DNA from: Lingula anatina
Lineage: Eukaryota > Animalia > Brachiopoda
Direction of reading: 5' to 3'
DNA: 64,000 nucleotides
NCBI GenBank assembly: GCA_051362555.1
Contig: CM120647.1
Span: 13,492,651 to 13,556,650 of the forward strand
In this document: piece by piece, positions 26,039-38,643 of the stretch
How positions within the stretch are numbered: the stretch's first letter is position 1
How the letters are laid out: each line of letters opens with the position of its first letter
The notes under the pieces: model-generated
Databases searched by the model: none
The model's input: only the letters and a program-made list of their open reading frames with translations
What the model was told of the DNA's origin: nothing
Position numbers and translations under genes: made by a program

Positions 26039-27241
26039 TTATTTCTTGGTGTCCTGTTCTCGAAGGTGGCACGCTGAAATAGGATGCAAATAAAGATTTA
26101 GTAAAGAATATATACATATTAGATGAAAGACAAGTGCAGCTGTGAGTCAAATTGATAAGAGCTTAGTCTACGTACACAGAAGCTTTCAAAAATTATCATT
26201 GAAACACCAATATATGTACGAGTACCCTCAGCAAACACTTTGTTTTATTACTTCCGAGGAGAAGGCGAGTATGGTTTTCATTCCAAAGACTCATCATGTA
26301 ATTGAGTGCCATTTCATGAAAACATAATTAGATCATTCCATTTCACATTATTTCATATTTGAAGCTTTTCGAATTTATGAAAGCTTTTCCTTATGTCCTT
26401 CGGGCTTTAAACTTAAATTTTATTACTCTGACGTTAAATATTCATGAACCCTTATGGCGGCAACATACAAGATTCTTTCATATGCCCAAAGGGAAAGATA
26501 TTTACCGTATTCGTGTTCCGAGAAACGGAACCCTTCAAAAGTCTTACACAGGCGTTGGTCAATCGTCTTCATTGTGGAGTACACGTAAGTAGGCTCAAGG
26601 TACACACGGCGACTCCAAAGTTGGATCGTTTCTGTCTGACAACTCCCAGTAGTATCCTCACCTTGGCAGATGACGACCAGCAAATAGTTAGTGTAGTCCG
26701 TGTCAATTATCTTAAAGTTGTTGTTACCTGTAAAGTTATGAGAAAAAGGGGTTTGTGCCTTGAAAGATATAATGTGGAAGATTGGTCTGAGTTAAGTTTG
26801 AATAATTAACGCCCAACCAACGTGCTTCACATTTTTAAAAGGCCACCTATTTCATCTCTTCCTTTTGAATGAAATTGAACAGTTTAGACAATATGCTAAT
26901 AGTTTTGGTAATTATAAGCATTTTTTAGTTTTAATAGTAGTCCAACTCGGGATGCTTGTCACAATTTTTAGCGAGACGTCCCAGTATCAATTTCTCACAG
27001 GCGGTATCTTGCATCTATCCCATGAGTCTTACCCATGCAAGCCCACCATTTACGTGATAAATACAATACTGGTCGCCGAGCTGTACGTGAAATATTACGA
27101 GTGTATTGGCGAGCCGCAGGCGAGACAATACACGAGTAATTTTCACGTACAGCTCGGCGACGAGTGTTGTATCTATCACGTAGTTCTGTGAACTAAAACT
27201 AAGGTATCTACGCTGAATGATGCTATGGTGTGTGTGTGTGA

Positions 27242-27289
<48 letters not shown>

Positions 27290-28919
27290 ATGGCAATATA
27301 CATAGTGTAAACTTTAAAGGTATGGCACGTTTTTAATGAATAATATATAAATGAGAGAGAGTTTTTTATGATAAATAATGAAAAAAGAGCTCACTCTCCA
27401 ATGAGCCAAACGAGAATATTCCCTGTTGCCTTGAAGGTTCCAGTCTAGACAGATCATTTAGCTCTACGCATCCTTGGGCTCCTATCCTAAAATGAGGAAA
27501 TCATTATGGTATTAGTATACCGCATACGCATTTCTATGCATTTTAAAACTGCTCTTGCTTCAAACTACAAAACATGCAGATACACCTTTGATCGTATTTG
27601 TTAGCATAATAAACTCTTAACAAAATGAAATAGAACATATGTCTTTTGATTGCATATAACTAAATGACCATAAATTAATTTTATTATCTACAAAAAAGCT
27701 TTATTAACTAAAGTAATTATGACGGTTAAAATACTATACACGTTTTGGGGTGATATAAGTATTTGTTTGGTGAGGTGTTCTGTTGAAAACAAATGCACAA
27801 CTTAATAATATTTATGCTTTAATAACAACGTGCAGATCCCTTATTATGCACGAGCTCTACTTATATAGTTCAGTTTTGTTGCGTTTTTTTTTTTTTTTGC
27901 CTGAAAGTGTTATGTTTGTTTACAGGAAAAAACTGTCAGCTTACGTATATTATGCTAGCATTAAGAGAGGATTTGGTGTAGATAAGCAAATTTGTTTTAA
28001 GTTTGTAATGTAATGTTGTTGTCGTATCATTATCGTATCACATCATTAATGTCAGTTCATTATTACTATTGTAATATGTATACTCTTTTTACAGTGTACG
28101 GTTGAATGAACATGTGTGCGTGGGTCAATGTGTGTGTGTGTGTGTGTGTGGCTGTGTAAGCATGTGTGTGTCATCATGCTGAAACACTGTGCGTACGGCA
28201 AGCCTTTGATAGGGAAGGCCCATGTCCCGTTTTCACCAATGGTCACGTAGGCAGCGTATTCCGTTAAAACATCCTCGTCCTTGACCATGGGGTTCTGTCG
28301 CCAAAGATAACAATACCAGATACCTTGAAGCTAGAAAGATAATGTTAATGATATGCAAGTACTTGGTATAAGATTTCAGGGGTCCATTATTATTATTTTT
28401 ATCTATTAAATAATTTTGTGCAGTTATATATAAATTAACATTGTATATACACCGGCATAGTAATTTTAATTACTAAAAATTTTAAAAAATTATAATATTG
28501 AATACAGTTTTCACTGAAGATGATTACCCTTCAGTAAATTTTAGACAACAGCCCTAAAAAGAATAAACGGGTATTAACTGAATTATTTAATACTGATTAC
28601 AAACGTGCTTGAAGTATAGGAAAAGCTATTTTTATAGAAACAATGGTTATTTATCTAGGATGTTATCATATGAACTGCCAATTCATCTCAAAATAGTCCC
28701 TGCATCGAAGCATACACGTACTTTAGTTACATTCAGGTGTTGTAATGCAGGTGTTCTGGTATTTCTATACCCCCATCCTATCAGTCGGCTCCATCCCCAC
28801 GGCACGGCCACTGCACCTGGGTCAAGTCTTCCAGGCCTGCCTAACCCAGGGTATCCCAATCCCCCGTCTACGGCAAGGATTTTCATCGCGAAAAAAACGG
28901 CGTATATAAAGACAGCCAT
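26039..28919 (-). CDS. Lipocalin C, RBP/purpurin-like (~226 aa, 5 exons), closest paralog of B
   Basis: Exons 28919-28722, 28330-28197 (LQGIWYC), 27486-27395, 26727-26506 (IIDTDY..ICQGEDTTGSC..WSRR) and 26073-26039 (ACHLREQDTKK*). Exon lengths are identical to B (198/134/92/222/35). Confidence 0.9.
27053..27180. mobile_element. 128-bp palindromic element flanked by TA, in intron 3 of lipocalin C
   Basis: cgtgataaatacaatactggtcgccgagctgtacgtgaaa...tttcacgtacagctcggcgacgagtgttgtatctatcacg with loop gagccgcaggcgag; near-identical copy at 43221-43341. Confidence 0.8.
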
Positions 28920-29657
28920 GCTAGGAGTTGTGGCTTGACCAACCAGAGCGAAGTACTAGATACTTCGTTTATGTGTTTTGGTCTGCTGGCTTTAATTTGA
29001 GGTCAACACATGGAAATATATGCATTTATCCCAATCCATTTGGAATATTTTTTGATTTCTCATTTAATTGCTTTGTTGTATCAATGTATACAAGATATGT
29101 TTGCTACACGTGTACATCGAAAAAAAAAGGCACCATTTACTAATTTTGTCTGTGATAAAAAGAACCGTGTTTGCTTGATTAAAACATAAATAGCTTTATG
29201 CCTCACACTACCCCACGGAATTCCTATTTCTATTTCATCATTAGAAAAAAAATAATGAAGAGAAAACCTTAACTATTATCTGTTTAATGAGCATGCTTTT
29301 TATTATTTTGTGAGGATCAAGTAACTCACGATTTAGGAACACATGCCTCTCACGTTTCATTGGTACACTACAGTTTGTGAACCACAGTAGTAGTACTGTA
29401 ACGCCCACGAGCTCTTATGTCCCAGAAGTTTGGCGGCTATGACTTCGGTTAAAACAAGGCATTACACATACATTTTAAGAAACTTTAAGTTCCATGTTTA
29501 AGTGTGTTAGAGAGGCAATTCAGCAATTATGGCTTCACAAAATATCAGGTAACCCCGTGATTCAAAAGCGTAAATACTATGAAACATGTGGAAACTTGAT
29601 GTCCATTCTTTTATAATTCTGATATGAAATTGTCGGAAAAAACGTGATATGCCGGGT

Positions 29658-30175
29658 ACATATCTACCTGGCTGACTTCTGACTTAGGGATAGCAATTTC
29701 CCCCTCTAAACCCCTCTCGTCTCTGCAGCCCACTACGATGTCATTCAGCCTTTATGTTTGTTAAGGCCCCTTTACACTGGACGGCGTCCTTTCTGCGTCC
29801 ACGTAGTGCGGCCCCGTTTGAGAATAAGAAATAAGAATACTTTACGTGCCGACAACTGGCTGATCATTGAGGATTAACTTAGCATCCAAAGCGATGCTTG
29901 CGCCTCCTTTTGATGACATATCTACCTGGCTGACTTCTGACTTAGGGATAGCAATTTCCCCCTCTAAACCCCTCTCGTCTCTGCAGCCCACTACGATGTC
30001 ATTCAGCCCTTATGTTTGTTAAGGCCCCTTTACACTGGACGGCGTCCTTTCTGCGTCCACGTAGTGCGGCCCCGTTTGAGAATAAGAAATAAGAATACTT
30101 TACGTGCCGACAACTGGCTGATCATTGAGGATTAACTTAGCATCCAAAGCGATGCTTGCGCCTCCTTTTGATGAC
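29658..30175. repeat. Near-perfect 258-bp tandem duplication overlapping the left end of a Harbinger-like MITE (~30021-30245)
   Basis: 29658-29915 matches 29916-30173 with one visible mismatch. MITE TIRs aaggcccctttacactggacggcgtcc / ggacgccgtccagtgtaaagggggttt. Confidence 0.85.
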
Positions 30176-30287
30176 CACAGGGATGCCAGTTTCATGGTAG
30201 CACAAAGGACACAGAACGGACGCCGTCCAGTGTAAAGGGGGTTTAAAGGGTTGACATTAGACGACAGGTCTTTAGTGAAATGATATA

Positions 30288-31946
30288 CAGACTTGACATT
30301 TAATATGGAATATTTTTTCCAAATCATAATTCATCAGTTTTTTTCCTATTTTGCTGACTGATAAATGAAAATAAGGATTAAAATCGTGTTTTAATAACTT
30401 TTGATAATCTATTCGATGTCAGTGTGACATCAGTTCATTAACTGAATTCGCCAGTGAAGCATACAAAAATACATTGCCTATTTTAAGTCATACGACAACC
30501 ATTGAAAGCGATATTTTGGATCTCCATATTTTCCAAATTATTGTCTTTAAAAGAGTTACACGTCCCACAAAGGCCCCCCATGTCAGTGTCTAGTCACAGC
30601 AACAGTCGCTGTTACGCTTGACCTCATCTTGCTGCTACCAGAGGTTTCAAGCCGCAAGGTATTCCTTATGATAGGTTTTTAGAGTTTAATCTGAAATAAA
30701 ATTCCAGGCAACGGTTAAAACTTGTCCAATTTGGTTCGGTTTTGTTGTAGGACATGCAGGCCGTTGATACGGCGAGTAATGACCTATGGACATATTGTCT
30801 ATGTGGTTCAATTATGGTGATTTTGATGACCAAGGTAACTACTCATTCCCTTGGTTCTGTAAGTTATCTGCTATTAAAAGTGCTCTGTGTGAACCGGCAA
30901 TCTCATCGTGCAACCTAAAATTGATCCTAAGTTGCCCCCTATCAAATGATAGTCAAGTGGTTCCCAGATTATTCATTTATTTGATCTGGTTCAGGTTTTC
31001 ATCGATGACTACCATTGGTGTTTTGGCACCAATGTGGTATCCACTCCAAATACTGACACTGTCAATGACCCTGGTCACGTAAGAAGTGGCACACGTTTCG
31101 TCGTAGGCCTCTTCAGGATGTCTGTAAACTCTGTTTTGACCAGTTTAGCGGGACAGGTGAAGTTTGACCCCAATAAAGAAATCCACGCGGTTTCAGTGTT
31201 CTACCCAGAAACGGTCATGGTCCCCAATTCATTAGAGAAACAGACTACGCTGCTTTGCTGTTTACAGTGGCTTCCTCAGAGGTCATCTGGTATCTTAACC
31301 TGATGAAACCAGTTTGGTGTTAGCTAAGAGCCTTGAAAAACGCGTTTTGGTGACAATTTACCCCTCATTCAAAACGGACTGGGTGGTTTTGGTTTAATTG
31401 CAGCAGCATATCCTGAAGGACAGTGAGTCCTGTACCCTGGTGGTAAGACGTCAATGCATTGGGCGTGGTCTCTGTGTAGCTACATTAGTCTGGGCATTAC
31501 TCTATAAAACTGTATAGACCATTCCGTTTGACACAATAATCTGTCTGGCAATGTCTGTGCTTTTCGCGCCATTCTGGCACAGCTTAACAATTTTGTAAAA
31601 CACTGCTTACTTCATTTTACGCACTGCAAAACCGACCGCTTGCATACAAAATTTCAATTTCTTCTATGCAGTAGTTGCCAATATATGGATACTTTTTTGA
31701 CAGAACCATGCTTCGCCAAAGCCAAGCTTTGACCAGCCAAAGGAGCACTCCCCAATTAAATTAATGCATATTACACAAGGCCACAGAGCAACAGACTTGG
31801 TAGTCAGTTAATTGGCAGCGACACACCTGACTTCACACTTCTCCAGTCAATGTCTTATATAAGATCTGAATTTTTTGAAAAAAGAAGGCATTTTTACCTA
31901 GGTATACCTTTAAAACTGAAATACTCCATATTAAATGTCAAGCCTG
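30288..31946 (-). mobile_element. Decayed full-length Tc1-family transposon (1.66 kb) between the divergent lipocalins C and D
   Basis: TA|cagacttgacatttaatatggaatattt ... aaatactccatattaaatgtcaagcctg|TA. Minus strand yields a stop-riddled transposase: DIARQ..RPRP..TT..QD, YRRHPEEAYDETC, SVSIWSG..KTPMVVIDENLN, LHDEIAGSHRA, LPWSSKSP*LNHID. Confidence 0.85.
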
Positions 31947-32318
31947 TACTATGTAAGGTTAGCAGTGATAAAACTTGCTGTATGTTGTCCGAAATCTGGT
32001 CTTGAACTGTTGACGTGTAACGTACCTTGATGTGCTTGTGATGTGTCATTTATATAGCCTTATATCTAGTAGACTTTCATCCACTAATTTATTGCTTATT
32101 ACGGCTGAACGCAACACAAGTTTATGACATATTAAAGCCTTCTGCACTATTTTTTTCACCAAGACATCAAACACTAAACCGCATTGTACTTCGCTGAATG
32201 CAGGCTGTTGTCGGTTGGTGTGTTTTACGTACTTGTACTTCACCACAGCGTTCCTGATACCACACAGAAGAGTAACGTACAGTTAACAAACAAGTTACGG
32301 TATAGTTAATGATTGAAT

Positions 32319-34591
32319 ATGAGTAACTGGACGCGCGCTGTTTTCTTTGCTGTCCTTCTGGGTCACGTGGGAGGAGGGTTTTGGTCGATATGTCCATATG
32401 GAATCTTCCCCTGGCTTTGGAAAACCCCAGAAAGATGCGCAGAACCCAGGGGGATGAGGAACCTGGACATAGCCAAGGTGAGCAAAAATATACTGTACAT
32501 AGAAGGGGTATGCGCCAAGGCTGTTTCAATATTAATGAAATATTGTAGATGGGCCTTATGTACGTGTAAACCGCCCGCATGTACTTGTACGTACTGGTAC
32601 CCTGTGATTCAGAGGATATTACTGTTAGGGGGGCACCTGTCTCTACAGCAGAAGGGGTCGATAGTTAAGGCGAGTTCTCATTGTCCCCAGAGGGTGTCAC
32701 TGGAAACAGTATACTTAGAGAGATGCAAAGAGTGGTCGGGTGAGGTAAAAAAAAGCCTCTGAAACTCAGGGTGTTACTTGAAACGGCAGAGAGATGCGAA
32801 GATTAGACAGGTGAGTTGTCGGTGTCCTCTGCCCGTAGCTAATAAATGTGACCTACGCGAGGTACAGCTGACTGCATAAACAACGTGAAATTGGGTCAGT
32901 AACATCGCACAAGAAAAGTAGGTTATCAGGATGAAAAAAAAAAAATTACTATGCATGTACTCGTGTTAGGTTCAGCATTCGGTTCGCCGATCAACAAGAA
33001 GCAATCAACTACTATCCCTCTCAGCACTTGGGTTCGATTTTGATATTTAAATTTATAAAGGATGATTTAGTTTAAAATGACTGGTCAGTCATTAGAACCA
33101 TCGACTATTTTCCTAAGCTCTAATGGAAGTATCAACATCAGGTACGCTCCAGAAAAAAATATTCAAGGGGTCAAATCGTTTTTTATGCTTACAGAACATT
33201 ACATATGTAATGTTCTGTAAGAACCTGTGGATGGCAAAAATAAACATTTGTGGGATTTTCAACCCCAAGGAGTGTACCTTAAATGCATTAATTTGCACAC
33301 GTGATATTCAAGATGTTTTTTACTGGTTTTACAGCTAACTGGCGTGTGGTATGAAATAACCTTCGTGATCGACCCTCCAGTGGCCCCAGAACTGATTTTC
33401 ACGGATTTTTATTTGGATATACAGCAGAATGAAGACGGGACCTTGTCAATTAAGATGGAAGGAAGACCGTACGTTTTTTCATAAATTAAAAAAAAAAACA
33501 TAATTTAATTTAAGAGAATTAGAAAAACATGAAAGTTAATTAGAAATTAGATGACAGAGACAACGATAAACTTTCAAACAGTATCTCGGAATCAAAAATT
33601 CAAAATTCAGATTCAAAATCAATCGCACAATTCATTTATATTACACCAGGCTTCCCATATACTGGATGTGCATATCTCATGTGCATTAGTCCTACATCAA
33701 ACAGAATAATTTAGGCATTAATCATACACGTGTTTAATGTCCATTTTAGACAAAATGCCAACCACACCGACTGTACAACAGTGAGTGGTTTTGAGCGCCT
33801 GGTTCCAACTGCCAGAAGTGGAGAATACGCTTTTAGTGAGTTGGATTTCTTACTTGTTTTTAGGTTTCAAAATTTATGCACAGTTTAATTGAAAGATTTC
33901 TAAAAATATGCTAATTAAACTGTTCATGAATCTTGTTTCTTTTGTTCCATAAAATGAAACTCAGTTTTGACATTTAATTAAAATACACGTCAAAAATAAA
34001 TAAATAAATAAATAAAAAAAATAATAAATAAATGAAAAAAAAAAAAGAAACAATTATAATAGCAAGGCAAATTCACTATGAAAAACCATGTACAGTTTCG
34101 AAACAGGATATTTGTATTTTGCTTACAACTCGATTCGCACACGTCGTGTTTGTGAAAACAAGCCATAAAAACAGACAGAATGAACCGCATTAAATCAAAA
34201 AGCCATTCTTTTTTTTTAATGAACAGTCTTCCAAAATGAATCGTCTGGCGACATTACCTTCGACGAGCACATCGGTGTACCCCTTGAAGACGCCGAGAGC
34301 AACGTATACATGATTTTGGACACTGACTACACACATTATTTGGTGAACCGATTCTGCCTCGGAAAACAAGCCGACGGGACGTGTTCAAAAGAGGAAAGCT
34401 TCCTCATATACAGCCGTCGACCCACTTTGGCACCGGTCATCCTCAAGAAAGCCAAGAAGTTGATAACGAAGGACCTGTGTAACTCTCCCGAAGGCTTTGT
34501 TAACGTTGAACACTCAAAAGGTTGGTACAGCCACTTCCGTAGGGCATTTCCAGTCAGGGTCGAACTTTATAAGCAATATTTAGGCCTACTA

Positions 34592-34633
<42 letters not shown>

Positions 34634-34832
34634 GAAATAGGTAAATGAATAAATAAATATACGAGTTCACTTTGACTTTGTGCCTAGAACACCCCAGGAA
34701 AATTCACATTTTTAAACTGGGTGGCTCTCAGACTTACAGTGCAAGTTTATTTACACTGTTGACACTTTTGACTTCCATAAATGTTGACTGCATTATTTAC
34801 ATCAAATAATATTTTTTGCAGCATGTGCATGA
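32319..34832 (+). CDS. Lipocalin D, RBP/purpurin-like (~227 aa, 5 exons)
   Basis: Exons 32319-32477 (signal peptide; ERCAEP..NLDIAK), 33335-33468 (LTGVWYEI), 33750-33835, 34227-34520 (ILDTDY..FCLGKQADGTC..IYSRRP..DLC) and 34822-34832 (ACA*). Confidence 0.9.
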
Positions 34833-36187
34833 AGAAGACCATGCATTGCGAACATCCATCACCGGAAGTGTTCAAGAATGCTGCTAACATACTACATCTA
34901 ACAATACCAGTTTATCTTTTATTCCATATGAAGAGGAAACATCTCCATGATATTGCTTAGATGAATTTCAGAACTGTAACTTTAATGCATTTTAAATAGT
35001 TTATTTACTTGTCTATATAAATTTTACGTAAAACCATGATTTAGAAAGTACTGATAAATAAATGCAGTTACCTTGTCTACAAGGTACACAGATATGCTAA
35101 TATTTATTAATGGTATAAAAATATTAATCAGTAAAAATTAATGATCAATAAACACCAGCATGATGGTACTAACATCTTTTAATAAAGATTTATCCAAATA
35201 CATTTAACGACATTCAAAGAACTATCATGTAAAATTGTGTAATGAACCTTTTTAAACATATGTTAAGAATGTACTTAACTTTTGTAAATTAAGCACGCTT
35301 AATTCAAGCGTGGACCCGAAACAGGACATTACGTTTTCGACCTACTTAGTGGATAACGCAAACACGGTTCGTGTCAGATTTATATAAGGTCGCACAAAGA
35401 ACCCCCCCCCCCCCCCCCCAAGTCCACATAATACCCAGTAAAACGATTTACTCGACGACGCTCGGTAGCTACATATGAGTATGTCTCCATGCAACTCCTC
35501 TTTTTGATCTTTTATGTCGGACACATTATTTCTGTTGAATTATCAAACCTTCATTAGATTCATGAAAACATTTCATTTTCTACCCATTCATCCATCCATC
35601 TATTAATGAAGAAGGAAGATATTCTCAGATTATGGTAATCCATTGATAAGTGAAAAATAGCAACAAGTTCAATAATCCATTTATTCAAACAATGATTGGG
35701 CAATTCCAATAATGGCCAATGTGATAATAAATTAATTATTAATTTTTCTGGTTAGTTAGTACTGAAATTATTAATTATATTGGTAAAACTAAAATATGAC
35801 ACATAAGTTATTTCAGTATTACACAGTTATAAAAAAAAACAAAGTTATGTCTCCCAAATCAAAATCACAGCACATCAATATCACAAATGTTATGAGACTT
35901 TCATGATTTTTCAATAACTTCAAAGATATCCACTATTAACAAAAATTAACAATAAAAACGGGATTCTAAAAATTACTCTCCTTCAAGCTAAAAAGGCTAA
36001 GATTACAAAATTATGCTAATAACAATTATTATAACAGTATAAAGAAAAGAATTACAGATGTTACAATTCAGAATCTGCATTTACCTTCTTTATGAAACTC
36101 TTCTAAAAATTACTCTCATTCAAGTTAAGAAGCTATGCTAAGATTTCAAACTAATGGTAACAGTTAATATTATAACAGTAAAAAATG

Positions 36188-36450
36188 TTAGGATTCAGAA
36201 TCTGCATTGCGTTCTTTATGAAACTCTTCTGCTTTCTCAACAAACTTCCAGATATCTGCAGCCAACAACTGTGGTTCCTCAAAGGCTGCAAAATGGCCGC
36301 CAGTAGGCATGTTGGTATAGTGGATGAGGTGTTTGGCACTGGTGGCGAACTGAGGAGGAGGACAGCCCAGAGCTATTTCATGGGGAAAACATGCTACACC
36401 TGTCGGTACACGTATTTTGTACCTGAGTAAAAAGTAAAAATTCGTCAAAA

Positions 36451-36514
<64 letters not shown>

Positions 36515-38610
36515 GGAACAATGTTTTCAAAGTGCATAAATAATTTAATCTGACTCCAAATTTTCATATATTTTTTTGGCATAAAATTTAAGTAAAATGG
36601 CACTTTTTAAAGTTTAGCATTTTGAGAAAAAGTAAGTAAATAAATACAACAACTGTCAAATTATTTTTTTCTTTGAAAGAAGCAAAAATAAATTGAAACA
36701 ATAAATAAATAAATAAATACATAAATAAATACCTGTCCAAATCCTCATCAAAAGACATCTCCTTGTAGAACCTCATGGAAGATGTGATGGTCTTAGTGGT
36801 CCAGTAGATCATCACATTGGTCAGTAGCTCATCTAGGGTAAACTTCTTTGTCAGACCACCATCAGGAAGGTCTCGGTACCCAGGGTTGGTCCAGGTGGAG
36901 AACTTCTCTAAGATGTATGCCGCAAGACCTACTGGAGAATCTGTGAGGGCGGTTCCTAAATATAACAGAATATCATATATCATTATCCTTAAAGACTATT
37001 CTAGGTTGGTCCAATGATATGTTTGTAAATGTTCATTAATTAAGTCACTAATGATTTTTCTGTTATCCCAATGAATGTATGTAAGGCTGTAAATAAGGAG
37101 TTTTTGGCAAAGGCTAAGAAAATACTTAAAGACAGTATGGGGGAGGGGGGGTATCCAAGATATATGTGACAAGACCTACTGGGGAATCTGTATGGCCATT
37201 CCTAAATATAACAGAAAATCATATTTCATCATTAACATCATTAAATACCAATTGGGGGGGAGTCATCTTTGACACATACTGCAAGACCTACTGGGGAATA
37301 TAATTATTATTATTTACTTCATCCATAATAACACTCCTAAGACTCACCCACAGTGTCAGGCTTGGTATGCTGAAGTAGGAAATAGCCTGCCTCATTGATG
37401 AGGTACACTAACTTATCCCAGATAGGGCTGATCTTTGGTATATCCTGCTCGTCCAAAATTGCAGATGGCGCCACTGCAGCAAGAAGTAACTTCAGGGGTG
37501 TTTTTGTATCCTGGTCCATTTGGAAGAAATTGGAATGCAAGCCTAGCACTGACCTGGCAAAATGTTTAATGATAAATATAATAATTTACAAATTTTAAAG
37601 GGAACTTCTCTCTAAAGGGATAAATTCATCATGATAAATATAATAATTTACAAATTACTAATTTTAAAGATAACTAGTGTTTAAAGGGATAAATTTATCA
37701 TGTTGAACTGATCTGCATAATGTATATCAATATAATTGTTTTCATATTTTAAACAGAAATACTTTTTCAAGGGATATATTCATCACACTGCTCAGGATTT
37801 TTTTTTCATTCATTCACTACAAGCAAAATAGTAATAAAAATACAAATGATAATAATTCACTGTATGGATTCGAAAAAGTTTTGCAAGTTCTTGCAGTATT
37901 CAGTTGAAGCAGTACACACTGTGACTATGGTGATATATGCTTTATTTGGGTTTTAGGGGAGTTTTTCAGTGAGATGAATGTACTATTCTCTCAGTATGTA
38001 CGTCAAATAACACACTGCCACCCTCTCAAGATATGTGAATTGAACACAGCACTAAGGTTTAAGAAAAGAAGTTAAAATCAACCACCACCCCCAGGGTCAG
38101 CCCAACCCCCTGTTACATTATGCATGTGTACCAAAATGCCCATGCACATCCCTGATGACAGGTCTAATGATCAGCAAAATTTCAGCTTCCTAACTCTATG
38201 GTCTAGGAGTAAAAAGCTTAAAATACAGTGTGAAATGAATTTAGAATTCCCCCCCCCCCCCCGGGGGACAGCTCAACCCCCAGACATAATAAAGTAAAGT
38301 TCTGAAGTGTCCTTGCACATCCATGATGACAGCTCTACCAATCACCAAAGTTTCAACTTCCAAACTACATTTCTTGCAGGAGTTCACAGCAAAAACAATG
38401 TGAAATGAGTTAGGAATCAACTCCCCCTCCCTTCCCCCTGTTGCACTCAAATTCTGAAATGCCCATACACATTCCTGACAATAGGTCTATTAAACCCCTA
38501 AGTTTCATCTTTCAAACTCTAGTGACAAGGAGTTAGCAGTAATTACTAAGGCACAGACTCCCAATGGGCAAGATAACATGGTCCCCTACTTTTATCCCAA
38601 AAGTGAAGGG

Positions 38611-38643
<33 letters not shown>

